From Paecilomyces variotii (Eukaryota), in assembly GCA_004022145.1 (NCBI GenBank), contig RCNU01000009.1: 64,000 nt of DNA, one strand, 5' to 3'. This document shows positions 1 through 15,301 of this stretch, piece by piece (the stretch's first letter is position 1; each line of letters opens with the position of its first letter). Position numbers and translations under genes: made by a program. The notes below the pieces were generated by a model. It saw only the letters and a program-made list of their open reading frames with translations. It did not search any database and had not been told where the DNA came from.

Positions 1-28
1 GGATGGCTAACGCATAGACGGTTTTCAG

Positions 29-415
29 GCTTACATGCGCCCACTGGGAGTTGCCATGACCCTTATTTCGGTGGATTCGGAATTCGGTCCACAGCTGTAC
101 AAGTGCGATCCAGCTGGATACTACGTAGGCTACAAAGCAACTGCCTCGGGGCCTAAGCAGCAAGAGGCTCTCAACTTCCTGGAAAAGAAGCTGAAGAACA
201 AGGACTACGCGGAAGGTAGCTGGCAGGATGTGGTGGAGCTGGGTATCACGACCTTGAGTAACGTCCTCAGCGTCGATTTCAAGAAAGGCGAGCTGGAGAT
301 CGGGATTGTTGGAGGCCCTCGCACCGATGGCCAGGAAGGGACGAGTACGGAGTTCCGGGCACTAACAGAGGATGAGATTGACGAGCGGTTGCAAGCTATC
401 AGTGAAAAGGACTAG
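29..415 (+). CDS. 20S proteasome subunit alpha type-6 (alpha-1, Scl1-like), last exon; 5' part lies outside the window
   Basis: Branch point CTAAC and acceptor TTTCAG (ends 28) precede AYMRPLGV...PQLYKCDPAGYYVGYKATASGPKQQEA...ELEIGIV...EIDERLQAISEKD, typical of alpha-1. Confidence 0.93.
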   Translation, partial: AYMRPLGVAMTLISVDSEFGPQLYKCDPAGYYVGYKATASGPKQQEALNFLEKKLKNKDYAEGSWQDVVELGITTLSNVLSVDFKKGELEIGIVGGPRTDGQEGTSTEFRALTEDEIDERLQAISEKD

Positions 416-1712
416 TTAGAACGGGCGTTGATGAGACCGAAGGAGATACGATTTAGCACTCGTGGCCTGGTATGGATTTCGGGTCCCTTGCAGATGTAAT
501 AAATGACAAGTGATTCTGTGACGTGACTAGCTGGGCTCTCGTTTCGGTCTTCTCTTGGCCTCCGGCTTTCTCATGCCTATTAGTTGGTTGTCGATGCCCC
601 CGTGCAACAGTCCAGGTGATGTTGAACGTCAGGTGCGCCCGTGTATCAGTGGCAATTTTCGTGTGGTCCAGTAGGCTGGGCAGTGCACTTGCGATTGTTG
701 GCGCTTCGATTATTAAGGTAGGACAGTATGGATCTCTTTCGTCCCTTGGTCCAGGTAAGCCTCGATCCTAACAACGTCACGGATCTTTTTCACATCTCGG
801 TTGTGGGGTTTTTCACGCGGGCAACTTGGGACCCTAAATGCAGGGAGAGCTCCAATATCATTGCCGTCTGAGAAGCCCCTAGATCGTTTTTCAACGACCG
901 GGCCATTGCTCTTTAATCGCGGTGGAGCGACGTTCAGCTTGGTCACTGTCAAGTTGTCAAGGATGCGGCTACCCGCAAGGCTGTAAGTATCTAGCTCCAC
1001 TGCATTCCATGACGCCTTTTTTTTTGCTTGTCGGGTATTCAGAGGCAGCTGGGCCATTATTATTGCTAGAATTGGCGGGCGGCGGAGCAGTTGGCGCACG
1101 GCTGGGGCCGCCCTAAACGGAAGATCGCAAAAATCGAGAGAATCGAGAGAAGGCCCAGGGCATCCACCGTCCGCCCGTGCCCGAAGAAGCCCGTAAAGCT
1201 CTGCGGCGTCTCTTATTCGCAGTCGAATTTCGCAGGGACCTGACGAGCTTCGCCCTGCATGCCACGGATAATCGATCCGTGACGAACCTCACCAGTCTCT
1301 ACTCTCGATTGCCTAGCTTGCCGTTGACGATCCCGTGGCGTTCAGACACTACTATGTCTCCATTAATGTTGCGGATACGCGGGTCTCTTCGAGGAAGTCT
1401 CTTTTATCTAGATCCACCGAGATGGGTAGGAACCTGCTGGGATCTCTTCGTCCGGAAGTTTCAACAGTTATTGGGTGCAGCCAGCCACCTTCTTCAAGAT
1501 GCTCCAATTGACCCTTTCAACAATGTTTTGGTCTTCAGGAGTACCATCCAGAGTCGATATGTGCATGCCCTTATAAGGAATATCTCGTCCTCGGGAATAT
1601 AGATGACAATGATCAGAGGAGGCAGTTTCTGTTGGCTCATACTGTACTTTCCTATTGATTTTCTTTGCATTCGTCCTATCATACATAGAGAGCATCGAGC
1701 TTATCCGGACAC

Positions 1713-2479
1713 ATGGCTGACGGACGTAAGTGTTACTTCTCCATCTAGAAGATCGTAAAACCTTCGCGCCGTACAATATCACTTGACATCGCCTAACATT
1801 GTGGAATATTGTAGTCAACGATGCGCGGGCTGTCAGGGTTGCGGAATTGATCAACGATTACCGCACCCTTCAACTCCATATTTCGCAACAGAGGATGGAA
1901 GTACCGGCGGAAGAACAGCATGAGGAAGGGTTTGCCGTTATGAGGGAGTGTCTCGATGCTGCCCAACGACTGTTATCGTCTCAATATAATTTGGCATCCA
2001 TCCAGAATCAGGGTGCCGATGACGAGGCACAGAAAGTACAACTGCAGAGGTATCCCCCCAGATTTATTGTCGCAAGGTATCCAGAGATCCTGCTGCTAAC
2101 TAATTTCGGACAGGGTTATCCTTGACGGAAGTGTCCGGCGGTTCCAGGCACACAAGATATACCTTCGAATTGCAGCAGCCAGGCGTTGGGCCATCAATCG
2201 AGCCAACGTGCTTCGTGGTGAAAGACCTAGCGAGCGCCATGCCGCTCAATTGCGCAGAATTAATGATATCCTACGAGAAGTTGGTGTTTCCTACCGATTA
2301 ACCACCAAGGCAGGTATTCAGAGGCTGACTAGATGTACACCTGCCTACAGGAGCTTGCCAACATTACCGACCAGCATGTCGTTTCGGATCTCCATACCGC
2401 CGATGTTCGAGCAGGACACTGGCTGGACGACGACCCCTCCCTAGCGACCATTCTGAACTATGTACGATCGCAATCCTGA
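1713..2479 (+). CDS. Conserved fungal hypothetical protein (~180 aa, 4 exons)
   Basis: Exons 1713-1725, 1815-2049, 2114-2279 and 2351-2479 join through GT-AG introns into one open frame: MADGLNDARAVRVAELINDYRTLQ...RRFQAHKIYLRIAAARRW...GHWLDDDPSLATILNYVRSQS*. Confidence 0.8.
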
Positions 2480-3120
2480 ATCCGCATTCGATCTAGGGGA
2501 CACTGATCCTTGTAGATCTCATCATTCCCTCGATGATTCATCGATATGACGAAGCATAGACCGACCTGTCGTCCAAGTTGCACTGTTTTTACTGCTATCA
2601 GAAAACGCGCACGACAATTTCGTTTCGGGCGCAGGACGCCCTTTTGTTTGCTGGTAGAATTTCTACGTATATTTCGCTCTCAAGCGAACGGAAAATTTGT
2701 GACATATATATTTCCAATGTATACTTATACCCTCTTGTTTCTAAATATCATGTCGGCGCTGCTGTTGGCTTCGATAGATTCCGTTTCAGGAAAAAGTTGT
2801 TTAAATTAAAATCTCAGCTACATATCATTGATGCCTTTACATTACCTCCCCTCCCTCTGTTCGAAGAGCGTCATTCCGGCGGCTCCAAATATCTCGGATC
2901 TTGATTATCCTACCTTAGCTAGGATTGCGCTCAGGGAGATCTAGCCAGTAATCTTCTGTTAGACAGGGCCAGGCGATCGATCAGAGAAGACTCAAAAGGG
3001 GCACCTGTCGTCATCCCCATGACCGTCTTGTCTCTGTGCTTCCCTAAGTTGCTACGGGGAAATACGAAAGTCATCTAGCTTCGCTTACGATCACCAATGA
3101 AACCAGAACCTTCATATTGT

Positions 3121-3160
3121 AGTCTAACAGTCTAGTCTAGTCTAGTCTAGCCTAGCCTAG
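3121..3160. repeat. (CTAGT/CTAGC)n pentanucleotide microsatellite
   Basis: agtctagtctagtctagtctagcctagcctag read directly. Confidence 0.7.
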
Positions 3161-3600
3161 AATATGGATATATCCTTCTGATCTCTGTGATTGTACTATG
3201 TTATATCCGACCCTGTCCGCAGCCTCGAAAGGGGGGAAGGTATCCCCAGAATCCGGATCGGCGACAGTTAACAGCTGAAAAGGAAGCAAAAGTTCCTACT
3301 CCACCATAAACTCAATCGGAGGGCTCTCTTTTTTAACTGCAGGAAACGGGGAATCTTTCGCACGTCGTCTTTTTGTGGGTTGTTAGTTATCTAGTACCTA
3401 GGTAGGTAGTTGATTGTATGGGATTGGGGAACTAAGGCTTGTTTTAGTCAGACTATCGGCGACCGGCGTCCTGTTGCAGGGCTAATCAGATCGCAGAGAT
3501 GGCTAGTCTTTGGAAAGCGTTCAGCTGATGAAGGTCGCCCAGATCCGCCAGCACGGTTGAACTAGCGCAGGGATCGGAGATCTCGTGGGACGAAGAAGGG

Positions 3601-3628
<28 letters not shown>
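3601..3628. repeat. Poly(A) tract, 28 nt
   Basis: Uninterrupted A run; an interrupted poly(T) tract also lies at about 4379-4406. Confidence 0.9.
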
Positions 3629-3631
<3 letters not shown>

Positions 3632-4446
3632 ACAGGAAAGAAAAGGAGAAATAATAATAATAAAAGGGACACTTTTAGCTCTCTTCTTTTTCAGCGGCCC
3701 ACTCTGTGATGCAGTTGACGACATGCATGGCATTAACTAGTCTATTGGTATTATATTTACTGTGGCGAAATGGTATTTATAATTGCATGGTCGAGGAAGC
3801 TTCGACTTTTCGCCTTTCAGCCTCAGAGGCCTGGGATCTTCTATCTACCCAATACAAATCGTAAGGTGCCCTGATAATCGCTTTAGGGAATATCGTTTCG
3901 ACGCACGCCATATAAGTATATACTACTGCAAACACCAGTGATATTCTGAATGCACGCATCGCTCAGAGAACTAACTATAAACAAGGCTAACAGGTTTGTT
4001 GATGCAAGGGTTCTACACTGCTTAAGCTGGAAATGTAATGCTGACAATTAGAATAATAATAATAATAGTGCATCCGGGACTAATTAACTATATCCGAGAT
4101 ACCAAAATCGTAGTAGTAGTAACTAGTAGTAGTAGTTAAGATGTACAGTAGCACTTAGTTACGCATTGACTTCAAATCGTCCAACTAAGCTCCAAGAGAG
4201 CAAGGAGCTATCACCGATTCCTGCGCATAAAAAGGGGCATTTACGCCTGATCTCGCGTAGACCGTAAATATGTTCAAGAAAGACCTGCTTTCTCTGCATA
4301 CCAAGCGAAGTAGGCGCGAACTGATGAACAATCTTATGCCGGCAGGCTCTCTGAAACTTGAGTGTCGGGACGGCGTCGGTTTTTTTTTTTTTTATTTTTT
4401 TTTTTTCCAACATGGTGGCCAGATTTTAGTAATAAGGCAAAAGATA

Positions 4447-4884
4447 ACATATTTCCCTGCCGACTGGACCACCCGACCGACCGGACCACTGCCGTATTAC
4501 ATACAAAATGCCCATTCTCTAGACCTGAATATCTCAACAACCACGAATCTAATATATGTAATATTTAATATATAGCTTTTTAGGACAGTATATTTATATA
4601 TACTCAAACTTTAGATTTTAAAAATTATTTCTTCTCTAGGTAATATGATCAAGTACTGTAATTTTTAGTAATTATATTATTTGGAAAATACCCAGAGAAT
4701 TATAGAATTTAAACAGATATAATTAAGCATATATATTTGAAATAATATATATTTTATATATATCTTCTCTCATAATCTTTAGAAACGTAATTGTTGAGAT
4801 ATTCAGGTCTAGAGAATGGGCATTTTGTATATAATACGGCAGTGGTCCGGTCGGTCGGGTGGTCCAGTCAGCAGGGAAATACGT
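4447..4884. mobile_element. Non-autonomous DNA transposon (MITE), pogo/Fot1 (Tc1-mariner superfamily), Vader-like
   Basis: 94-bp TIRs (4447-4540 and 4791-4884) differ by 3 transitions. Termini AC(G/A)TATTTCCCTGC, TA on both flanks (4445-4446, 4885-4886), very AT-rich non-coding interior. Confidence 0.9.
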
Positions 4885-5844
4885 TATAACTGAAGGCGCC
4901 AGTAACAATGGTCAGATAACGTGTCAAGCAGTCTATAACCGCCACCAAGATAAATTACTTAGGCAATAATCTACTGTTGGCTGCCATAGAATATAGATTT
5001 TCAGTTTTAGTCGAACTATCTAGTGCAGGATAAATAAACCGCTAAGTAGGTATCTATATATATATATTTAAAGATATCTTGTTTCACAGTATATAATGAC
5101 CATTAAAAACATGCTGCAGACTGATCCTTTGCTCAGAAAGCACCCCGTAGAGAGCTCATATTCCCACTTGAAAGCAAGTAAAAAGCTAAGCGCAAAGGCA
5201 ACCACCATTCCGTGGTACCACATACGCAACCGACGGGGATCGACAACGGCAACGTTGCTAATAATACGCTTCATCGAGGCTTTAAAAAAAAGACATCGTT
5301 CACACCTATATAGGAAGCCGCACTGAATGCTAGTACTTACCTACCTAGGTAGGTACTTATTCTCCGAGACCTAGGGCGAAAGACGACCCCATCATGCGTA
5401 GGTCTACGGCGTGTCCAAGCCACACTGGAGGCCCTCAGCCACACATCCCCATCACATTGAGCGCTCTAAAGGTACTTAGGGCACCTGTAGCTAGTAGTAG
5501 TGATTCGAGAGTCACATTATTATTAGCCAGTATTAATCGAAGGGCCAATGAAATATCCACTTGAATCATTATTATTGACATCCGCAGCGAGGCGTAATGT
5601 GAGGCGTGCCAAGACGAAACCCCGTCTCAGAGTTCCGGAAGGCGCTTGATGTAGAAATAGACATTAATATTCCCGACTCACCTTTGTGCTGGATCGAAAT
5701 TCAACGTTCCGCATATAAACTCTTATTGAAAGTACGGTATCAGCCACAGGTCCGTCAACAACGGAGTTCTTGCTTTGATTGCATCGCAGCGTTCTTTGCT
5801 CCTCTCACTTTCCAGGAGGAGATCATCATAAGTACCTACTCAAC

Positions 5845-7623
<1,779 letters not shown>

Positions 7624-7906
7624 GGGTTATCTAGGTTAAGGGAGCAAAAGTATACAGCGCGATGCATCTAGGAAGCCATTACAGTGAACAGGAACAGAAT
7701 TTTAAGGAAGGCTCGGAAGTGTCTGTAATTTTATTGACGAAGCAGCTACTACCGTGGCGAATTCTAGTCTGTTTTATTCAAGAACTAGTTTCTGCCAAAG
7801 CACCTCTGTACCACGATTCCGCCCAAAGTATGCTCCCTGTAAGAGCCACTCCTGACAAGACTATCAAGATCCGTCACCGGGCGAAACGATCCATCGATTA
7901 TTCCAT

Positions 7907-8550
<644 letters not shown>

Positions 8551-8788
8551 TCACACTTGACGTTTCATTTTGCGGCATAGTCAGAAAGTCAGATTTCACA
8601 GCAGCGTCCATATTGTAGAGAAAGAACCGGACAATATAGAATAGACAGCTGCAGAGAAATGCGACATAAACAGCCAGGAATCGTTCATCAGTACTCACCT
8701 CGACAAGTTGTCTTCCTCAACCTTCTTCGAGATCGTGGTAAAACATCTTTAAAATGTGCCGAGCCCGACGGGTTAAAACCATTGTGTG

Positions 8789-8858
8789 ATCACGTGAGAT
8801 AACTTCGCGAGTCCCGCCGGGACACGGAGTGTGAGATATTCCGGTCGTGTCACGTGAT
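8789..8858. promoter_or_regulatory. Two TCACGTGA E-boxes (Cbf1-type bHLH sites) upstream of the ribosomal protein gene
   Basis: ATCACGTGA at 8789-8797 and GTCACGTGAT at 8849-8858, just upstream of the non-coding first exon. Confidence 0.5.
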
Positions 8859-9820
8859 GAAACACCGATCGGGGAGTTTGTTTACTCTCCAATAATTTGT
8901 AGATATAGACTGTAGACTAGACGAGATCTATCGACACACGTCTCAACTCCAATTCAATAGAAGACTCCTTGATTTCAAAAATAGCGGGAACACCAGGCAA
9001 AAATCACTAGTAACATAGGTAACGGGCCAGACATCTTGACGTGGGCTTGCGTCAGAGGTCACTAAGTAGCGAACTAAGATGATCTCCTTACAGCCCAGTC
9101 TGGCTGATCCAGGCATCAGATCGGGGACTAGGAGGAACAGACCATCGGTTTCCTGGAAAATGCCCCGTGCAACAGACTACGGAGTATTACTACTAGCTGA
9201 TTTAGTATCTATCAGGCGACATCGCTCCACCAACTGGGGCCATGCCTGTGCGGCTTGTTTCCCGGACGCTTCAGCCCAGTTGCGTTGCTGGGCCAACGGA
9301 TATCATTGTTGACGGAACCATGGAAGTAGATCTCATTAGAGTATTGCATGTTTCTACATCTTCAACTTCTCTCCACCTCTATCGGCACTCTGGCCTTTCT
9401 TCATCTTCTCTGAAGACTCCAGATCAAGGATTATCCTGTGTCTGAAGGCGATTTCTGTTAGAAGTCTCGAGACACACCCCCAAGCGAGCTCGTGTGAAGA
9501 TTCCAAGAGGAGAGAGATTGAGATCTGACCATCTGAGACTGCGGAGGACTCCCTGAGACTTTAACAAACTACCACCCTCCCCAACCACCCCCGTTTCCTG
9601 AAGATTTTTGACAAAGAACCCACGACTGACCTGTCGTAAAGGCATTTACAATTCGAGCCCGGCCGAACGGCTAGTGCTGCGTGAGGTGAGCTTCCCAACC
9701 TGTCAAATAGCTTCGATAGCCCGTCTAACTGTCCATTCAAACACCAGTTTCGGACCGGAAAGGTCTGCGTACCTGTCGATCGACCGTGTTTAATCGCGCT
9801 TCCGAACCGTATCCTTCAAC

Positions 9821-12158
9821 ATGCTGTCTGATCCCAGCGGCAACCTTCACACACGGTATCGGCAACATCGGCGGCAGAACTCGACCCCCACGGCGATGGA
9901 AGCCATGAAGACCTCCAGCCTCTCTGCTACCGCTATGCACCAATACGCTTCGCATCGACGAGGTCTTAGCCTCGATCAGCGGAGCCAGGAGCATCAGAGA
10001 TACCAGTGTCCAGAAGATGCGCTGTCGAACCCCAACATGTACCAGCATCCACAACATGTGCTTCGAGAAGCGCAGCAGCAGCGACTCACTCGACCGAGCC
10101 CGTCTTACCAAGCCATGCCGATGTCCTCTTCTGGCGAATACCAGTCTTTCAGCCAGGAGGATCTTCAGGCTCTTACTAACCATCGCAGCAACGAAAACCA
10201 GTTCTCAGAGAACGCTTGCATGAGCCCGGATGTCTTCACTCTCGATTTCCAGAAGATGGGAACTATGCCCCTCAAGGGAGACTTCGGACACATCCAGCAG
10301 CAGCAATCATTCGCGAAATCGGGCATGCCATATGGCCAGTTCCTCGACAATTCCAGCTGGCGCTACTTCTCGAACGAAAACATGGCAGCCATGCCCGAAC
10401 GCAGTGGGATCTCTGACCATGAGAGGCGCATGTCTGTGCAGTCAGACATTGGTCCCCATGCTCACAGACCGAGTACCCCTAAAAAGCAGATCAGTTCCAG
10501 TGAGTCAAGTGTCCGTTGCATGGCTGGAAAAGCCTTTCTGACATCAAATAGATTACCTGCCGATCACACCAGCCACGACCCCATTTAGGAAGTCCGTGGA
10601 CCTTGGCAGATATGGCCAGAATATGCAGTCATCACCTGCAAAGAGAAACAGCATTAGCGCTGTCAACACACCAGAGTCGTATTTCATGCAGCGTGCAAAA
10701 TCGCTCCAGGGAGTTCCGTCGACCTCTCTCACGCAACCCAGAATTAATGTCCCATCTCCCCCAAATACCGCTTCGTTTGATATCAACACGTTTGATGTCT
10801 TCGGTAGCCAGCCCTCGAGCTTCACCAGCTCAACGTCCCGAGAAACACTACAGAGCAAGTATCACTCGCCCAGTTCCTCCCAGTCCTCGTTCCACTCGTT
10901 GCCTGAAGTTGCCGATATGCCCGGTCCCGAAGAGCACATTGGAAAGGCACCAAAGGTCCCAATTTCAGCCACGCCATTACGCCCAAGCCCCAAGAGAATG
11001 TCGAGCCCGGCGCCAATCGCATCGCCAGTGAAGGCCAAACTTTCTCCTCGGCCTGCCTCGATTGACAACCTCAACCTCGACGCCCGGGTCCATGCATCAA
11101 TCACCGAAACAGGTATTAGCATTGATGAAATCGCCTCCTACATATCTGGTCCTGATCCCGAGGATGGCAAGTGGGTTTGCTTGCATCCCGGCTGTGACAG
11201 ACGATTTGGCCGAAAGGAAAATATCAAGTCCCATATTCAGACCCACCTTGGAGATCGTCAATACAAGTGTGACCACTGCGACAAGTGCTTCGTTCGCGGA
11301 CACGATTTGAAGAGACATGCGAAGATCCACACCGGAGACAAGCCGTACGAATGCCTCTGCGGAAATGTCTTTGCACGCCACGATGCATTGACTCGTCACC
11401 GCCAAAGGGGCATGTGTATTGGCGGCTATCAGGGCGTTGTGCGAAAGACGACCAAGCGTGGCCGCCCCAAGAAGAATAGACCCGACATAGGGGAGAGACA
11501 CGATAAGGCAGTTCGTACCCGTCAAAGAGCAGCCGAGAAGTCATCGTCAGTGTCTGTCTCTGGCTCAGATGGCTCCATGAACTCACCTCCAACTGATGTC
11601 TTTGAGAACATGAGTATCCGCGGCTCCAGCCCCTTGGACAGCGACCCAATGTTCCACTCTGAGATGTCCAGCCAGGGTCTATCGTCGGATGTCTTTACCT
11701 TCACTCCTCCGGCGTCTCCTGGATGCAGCACAGGCAATAAGCCATCTCCGGCCCGCAGTCACCGCTCTATCACTCCGGGAATGGAAGATGACATGTTGCC
11801 TCATTCTCCCTCCAAGCGTCCTCTTGAGAACATCCCCGAAGAAATTGCGGACCTCCCTCTGCTCTCCGAGATGGGTGCCAACACCATGTCATCCCCTCAC
11901 ACCATTCCCACCCTCGGTGGTTCAACCACTGGATCCGACCTTGACATCTTTATCAACCAGGATGCAGTCTCCACCTTTGGTAAGACTCAAATCTCGAGTA
12001 TGAATGGTCCTGATATGGCCGACTTTCCTGAATTCGACGGCCTGTACCACGTGAAAGGTATGCCGAATGGCCCCAATCTGGCAGACGACTTTTTCTTTGC
12101 CCAGTTTCCGGAAGACCAGCCATCAGATGTATTCTCCAAGGAGTTCTTCGTGGACTAG
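9821..12158 (+). CDS. ace2: C2H2 zinc-finger transcription factor, Ace2/Swi5 orthologue
   Basis: Intron 10500-10551 joins the two ORFs. Fingers CLHPGCDRRFGRKENIKSHIQTH, CDHCDKCFVRGHDLKRHAKIH and CLCGNVFARHDALTRHRQRGMC; N-terminal HRRQNSTP and HRRGLSLD motifs. Confidence 0.88.
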
Positions 12159-13031
12159 ACGGGGAAGACGGATGATGGAAACACGACTTGAACTCAGCAA
12201 CACCTTTTATGCTTCTCTGTGAAATTTCTCAATGACCCAACGACGTGGCGGCTTTAAGGCCCAATGACATCAAACGACATGAACACAAGACGAGATGATG
12301 ACTCTTTCTTTGTTGCAAAAATTTTTTTTTTCATTCTTTTGATTTGGCTCACCCCTAATGTGGTATGTTCTGGAACTTTACTCTCATGACGCCGAACACC
12401 TAATGTACAACACTTGTATGAAATTGATACGACGGCGATATGAGGGCTCAAGGTTTCATGGTTCCACAGTGAATGGAGTTTCTCTTTGGTCTTTCCTTTT
12501 TTTGTCAACTCCCACATTACTTCATGTTTTCCCTTTGTCACGCTCTAATGAAAAAAATGGCCCTTTGTTTTGTGAAAATGATTCTGGTGCAGATACTTCT
12601 TTTTCTCTCTGCAGTCCCTGGTGACTTGTATTCTAGCTAGACAATCAAATAAAACTGATTCCTGCAAATTCTGAGTTCTGACCAATTCTGTAGTTCTGCC
12701 CATTTTTTGGAAACTTGATTGTTTATTTTGTAATGTTCCAGTCTGGCTTGCAACGCATTATCTATCTATACTGTTTAGAGTCCCAGTATCTATCTTAACT
12801 TCGTCGGTACGCCAAACAAGATTTATGCTAACTAGCAGTAGAAACGCAAAATCAAGATGCATCCTCTGAGCAAGCAGATCATATTATATTCCTGGAGCAG
12901 TCTAAAGCAGGCTATTCGTATACAAGTAACTACTGCTAGTAATGATAAAGATGGACTATGTTGAACCACGACCCTAACTCCGATTATTATGTTCTAGGTT
13001 GAAACCAGATCGCTCCGCTACTAAGCGGTTG

Positions 13032-14656
13032 TCAGACCTCCTGCCACTTGATCGAGAGCTCGATAGGGTGCTCATCATTCGAGGCAAATATTTTACTTTG
13101 GGTGGGGCCCTTGGGGGCTTTATCTGCGAAGAAGGTGGTGTTTCCGTTATAGGCGATTTTTCCGTCTATGGTCTGTAGAGAATTAAGGGCTTTTTGTTAG
13201 TGGGTCTGAGATAGGTGGGTGGACCGAGGGGATTTGCTTACCGTGAACACAGTGGGGTTTCGGACGCGATTGTTGCAGCTGAAGATGTCTCTGTAAAAAG
13301 CACAGTGTCCCTTTCTTGATTGGAGGGTGAAACCGTCTGGGTTTCAGGCTTCGGGTCAGTATAGTTTTCTCTCGCAAGTTGGCTTTTAGAGATCCCTTAC
13401 CAGAAGCTCTGTTGATTCTGAAAGTGGCGCATGTTCCTGATGAGAACCAGGTGCCTTTGCTAATGATGCATCCTCGCTTTTGGTTCAGTGTGTACACTTG
13501 CAGATGCCCTCTACCGTTGGACGGGGACCTGGTTGGATCGGACGGAGCCGATGTTGTGGTAGAAGGCGGCTTGGATCTCTTGGGCTTATAGTGAATTCCC
13601 GTCTTGGGACAGTTTGACTTCGGCCCATCTTGTTTACGGAAGTTTTCGTCAGATTTAGGCAACAATGTTTGTGAGCGTAGATTAGACATACCTGGGCTCG
13701 TAGGGACGAATTCTCCAGTTTGCAATCGACCAGCGACGTTGAAATGATACCAGATCTCGTTCAGAGACTGATAGTGGCATCGGACCGTGACGTCGGCTCC
13801 GTGGCCTTCTTTGAGCGCATCTTCTATGTCGGCCAGCGAATAGGTGCGGTCATAAGACGGGACAATATTGGCCTTTTCAAGGAACTGTTCATTATTAGTT
13901 TGATCCCTTATCGATATTCGATGTATTTGATTAGGATGTAGCTCAGATACCTCGTACGAGGGAAGCCTCTGGAAAATCTCGACGGTCTTGTTGAAGTAGT
14001 CTACCACCTCTTCCTGAGGGTAGTAGTCGGTATAACAGTTCGGGTTAAGGGTACTGATACAGGTTCCATGTTTCGAGAACTCATGCGAATACAGCGAATC
14101 ATCGTCTCCTTTGTAGTCCTTGAAGTATTCTTTCATGTAATCCAGCAGATCGCCCCGGCCGGCATCGACAAGAATCAACGAGATGTTATTATAATTTCTT
14201 TTGTGATCGCAGAACTGATCGAAGCCACCGTCGCAGTGATCAGGCCTAAAAAGCAGATCAGTTCTATCATTCAAAGGTGGAGTTTTCGTCATGATGCTTC
14301 ACATGGCGGTGAAGCGCCATGCCCATTATCTTATCAACTTACCATAGTCCATGAATGGTCCATGAATCATCAGGACCAATAGCCGGATCAGCATCCCAGA
14401 ACTGTGTCTGGAGCATCTGTCCGCCAGGATAGTTGAAGCAACAGGTATCCTGGCCCTGATAACTTGTCTGGCAGCTTAGCTGCGGCTTTGGACAAGAGGA
14501 GTAGCCATCTTCCAGAGGTAGAACTTCTGAGCCACGCAGGCCAGATAGACCCAGAGATCCAGTAAGGACCTTCAGAATCTGCTGAGGTCCTGGGATACGT
14601 TGTGACATCCCGGACATAACGGCGGGAAGGTCGTTCATTGGGCCGGCGGTAACCAT
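13032..14656 (-). CDS. Ribonuclease T2 with C-terminal extension (Rny1-like), multi-exon
   Basis: CCFNYPGGQMLQTQFWD, CAS I WTIHGLW-P (split by an intron) and CAS II HEFSKHGTC; ends ...IKWQEV*. Start codon uncertain because there are several in-frame ATGs. Confidence 0.92.
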
Positions 14657-15301
14657 AGATGTTGTTGACTTCGAAACAGACCTACCCTGCGATAGAGATA
14701 AGGATGGATAATGGAATTTGGATCTATAATGGAATATATACTCGCGTACTATATCCCAAAATAGACTATTCATACGCGAAAAGATGAGAGTTCAGGTTGT
14801 GGCCATGGGACATCCAAGGTTCCCCCGGGACTGGGGAACGTGACTACCTAGATGACTAATAACCTTAACCGTAACTAAGTTAGCTCGTGGTGTGGTAGAT
14901 CGTATGCTGGAGCCTTGGGCGGAAATGCTCTGCGTAGGTATCTGGTTACGATAACGACCTAGGTACTTAGGTAGGTATTTAACTTTGCTTACACCTTACA
15001 GCAATGCAGTCGGGTTCAAAAGGACATCCAATATAGAACCCTCCAGCTTGCACATCGCAAAACTCGTTGAAGCGGAGATGTTGCGCTTGATAGGCTTATT
15101 TGTTAAACTAGCGGAGAGGCTATTGATACAGCCTTGAGATTTCCACAGCTGCGGCATGCTCTTGTCCGCAACAAAGCATGAAGATGTTTCAATAAACAGT
15201 TTCGAGTTCCCAGGCAAATAAAAAGCCTGGGCCTCAGGGTATCGTAAATAGTGATATAGGCATCCTCTTCATCCTTGGAATGGGAGCAAAGCGGTGCCCG
15301 T

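Noticed and set aside
713-1602. ORFs 713-1099 (-) and 1177-1602 (+)
   Set aside because: Non-ATG starts in the track, no recognisable motifs or splice structure; probably promoter/5' leader of the 1713 gene.
3440-3628. SINE or retrocopy ending in the 28-nt poly(A)
   Set aside because: No target-site duplication, Pol III A/B boxes or recognisable source gene.
4270-4908. Two ORFs sharing ITYFPADWTTRPTGPLPYYIQNAHSLDLNIST
   Set aside because: They are the two MITE TIRs read on opposite strands, not duplicated genes.
8581-8690. Possible intronic C/D snoRNA (TGATGA...CTGA) in the 5'-UTR intron of ubiquitin-S27a
   Set aside because: Box C lacks the leading purine, sits only 8 nt from the donor, has no terminal stem and no rRNA-complementary guide I can recognise.
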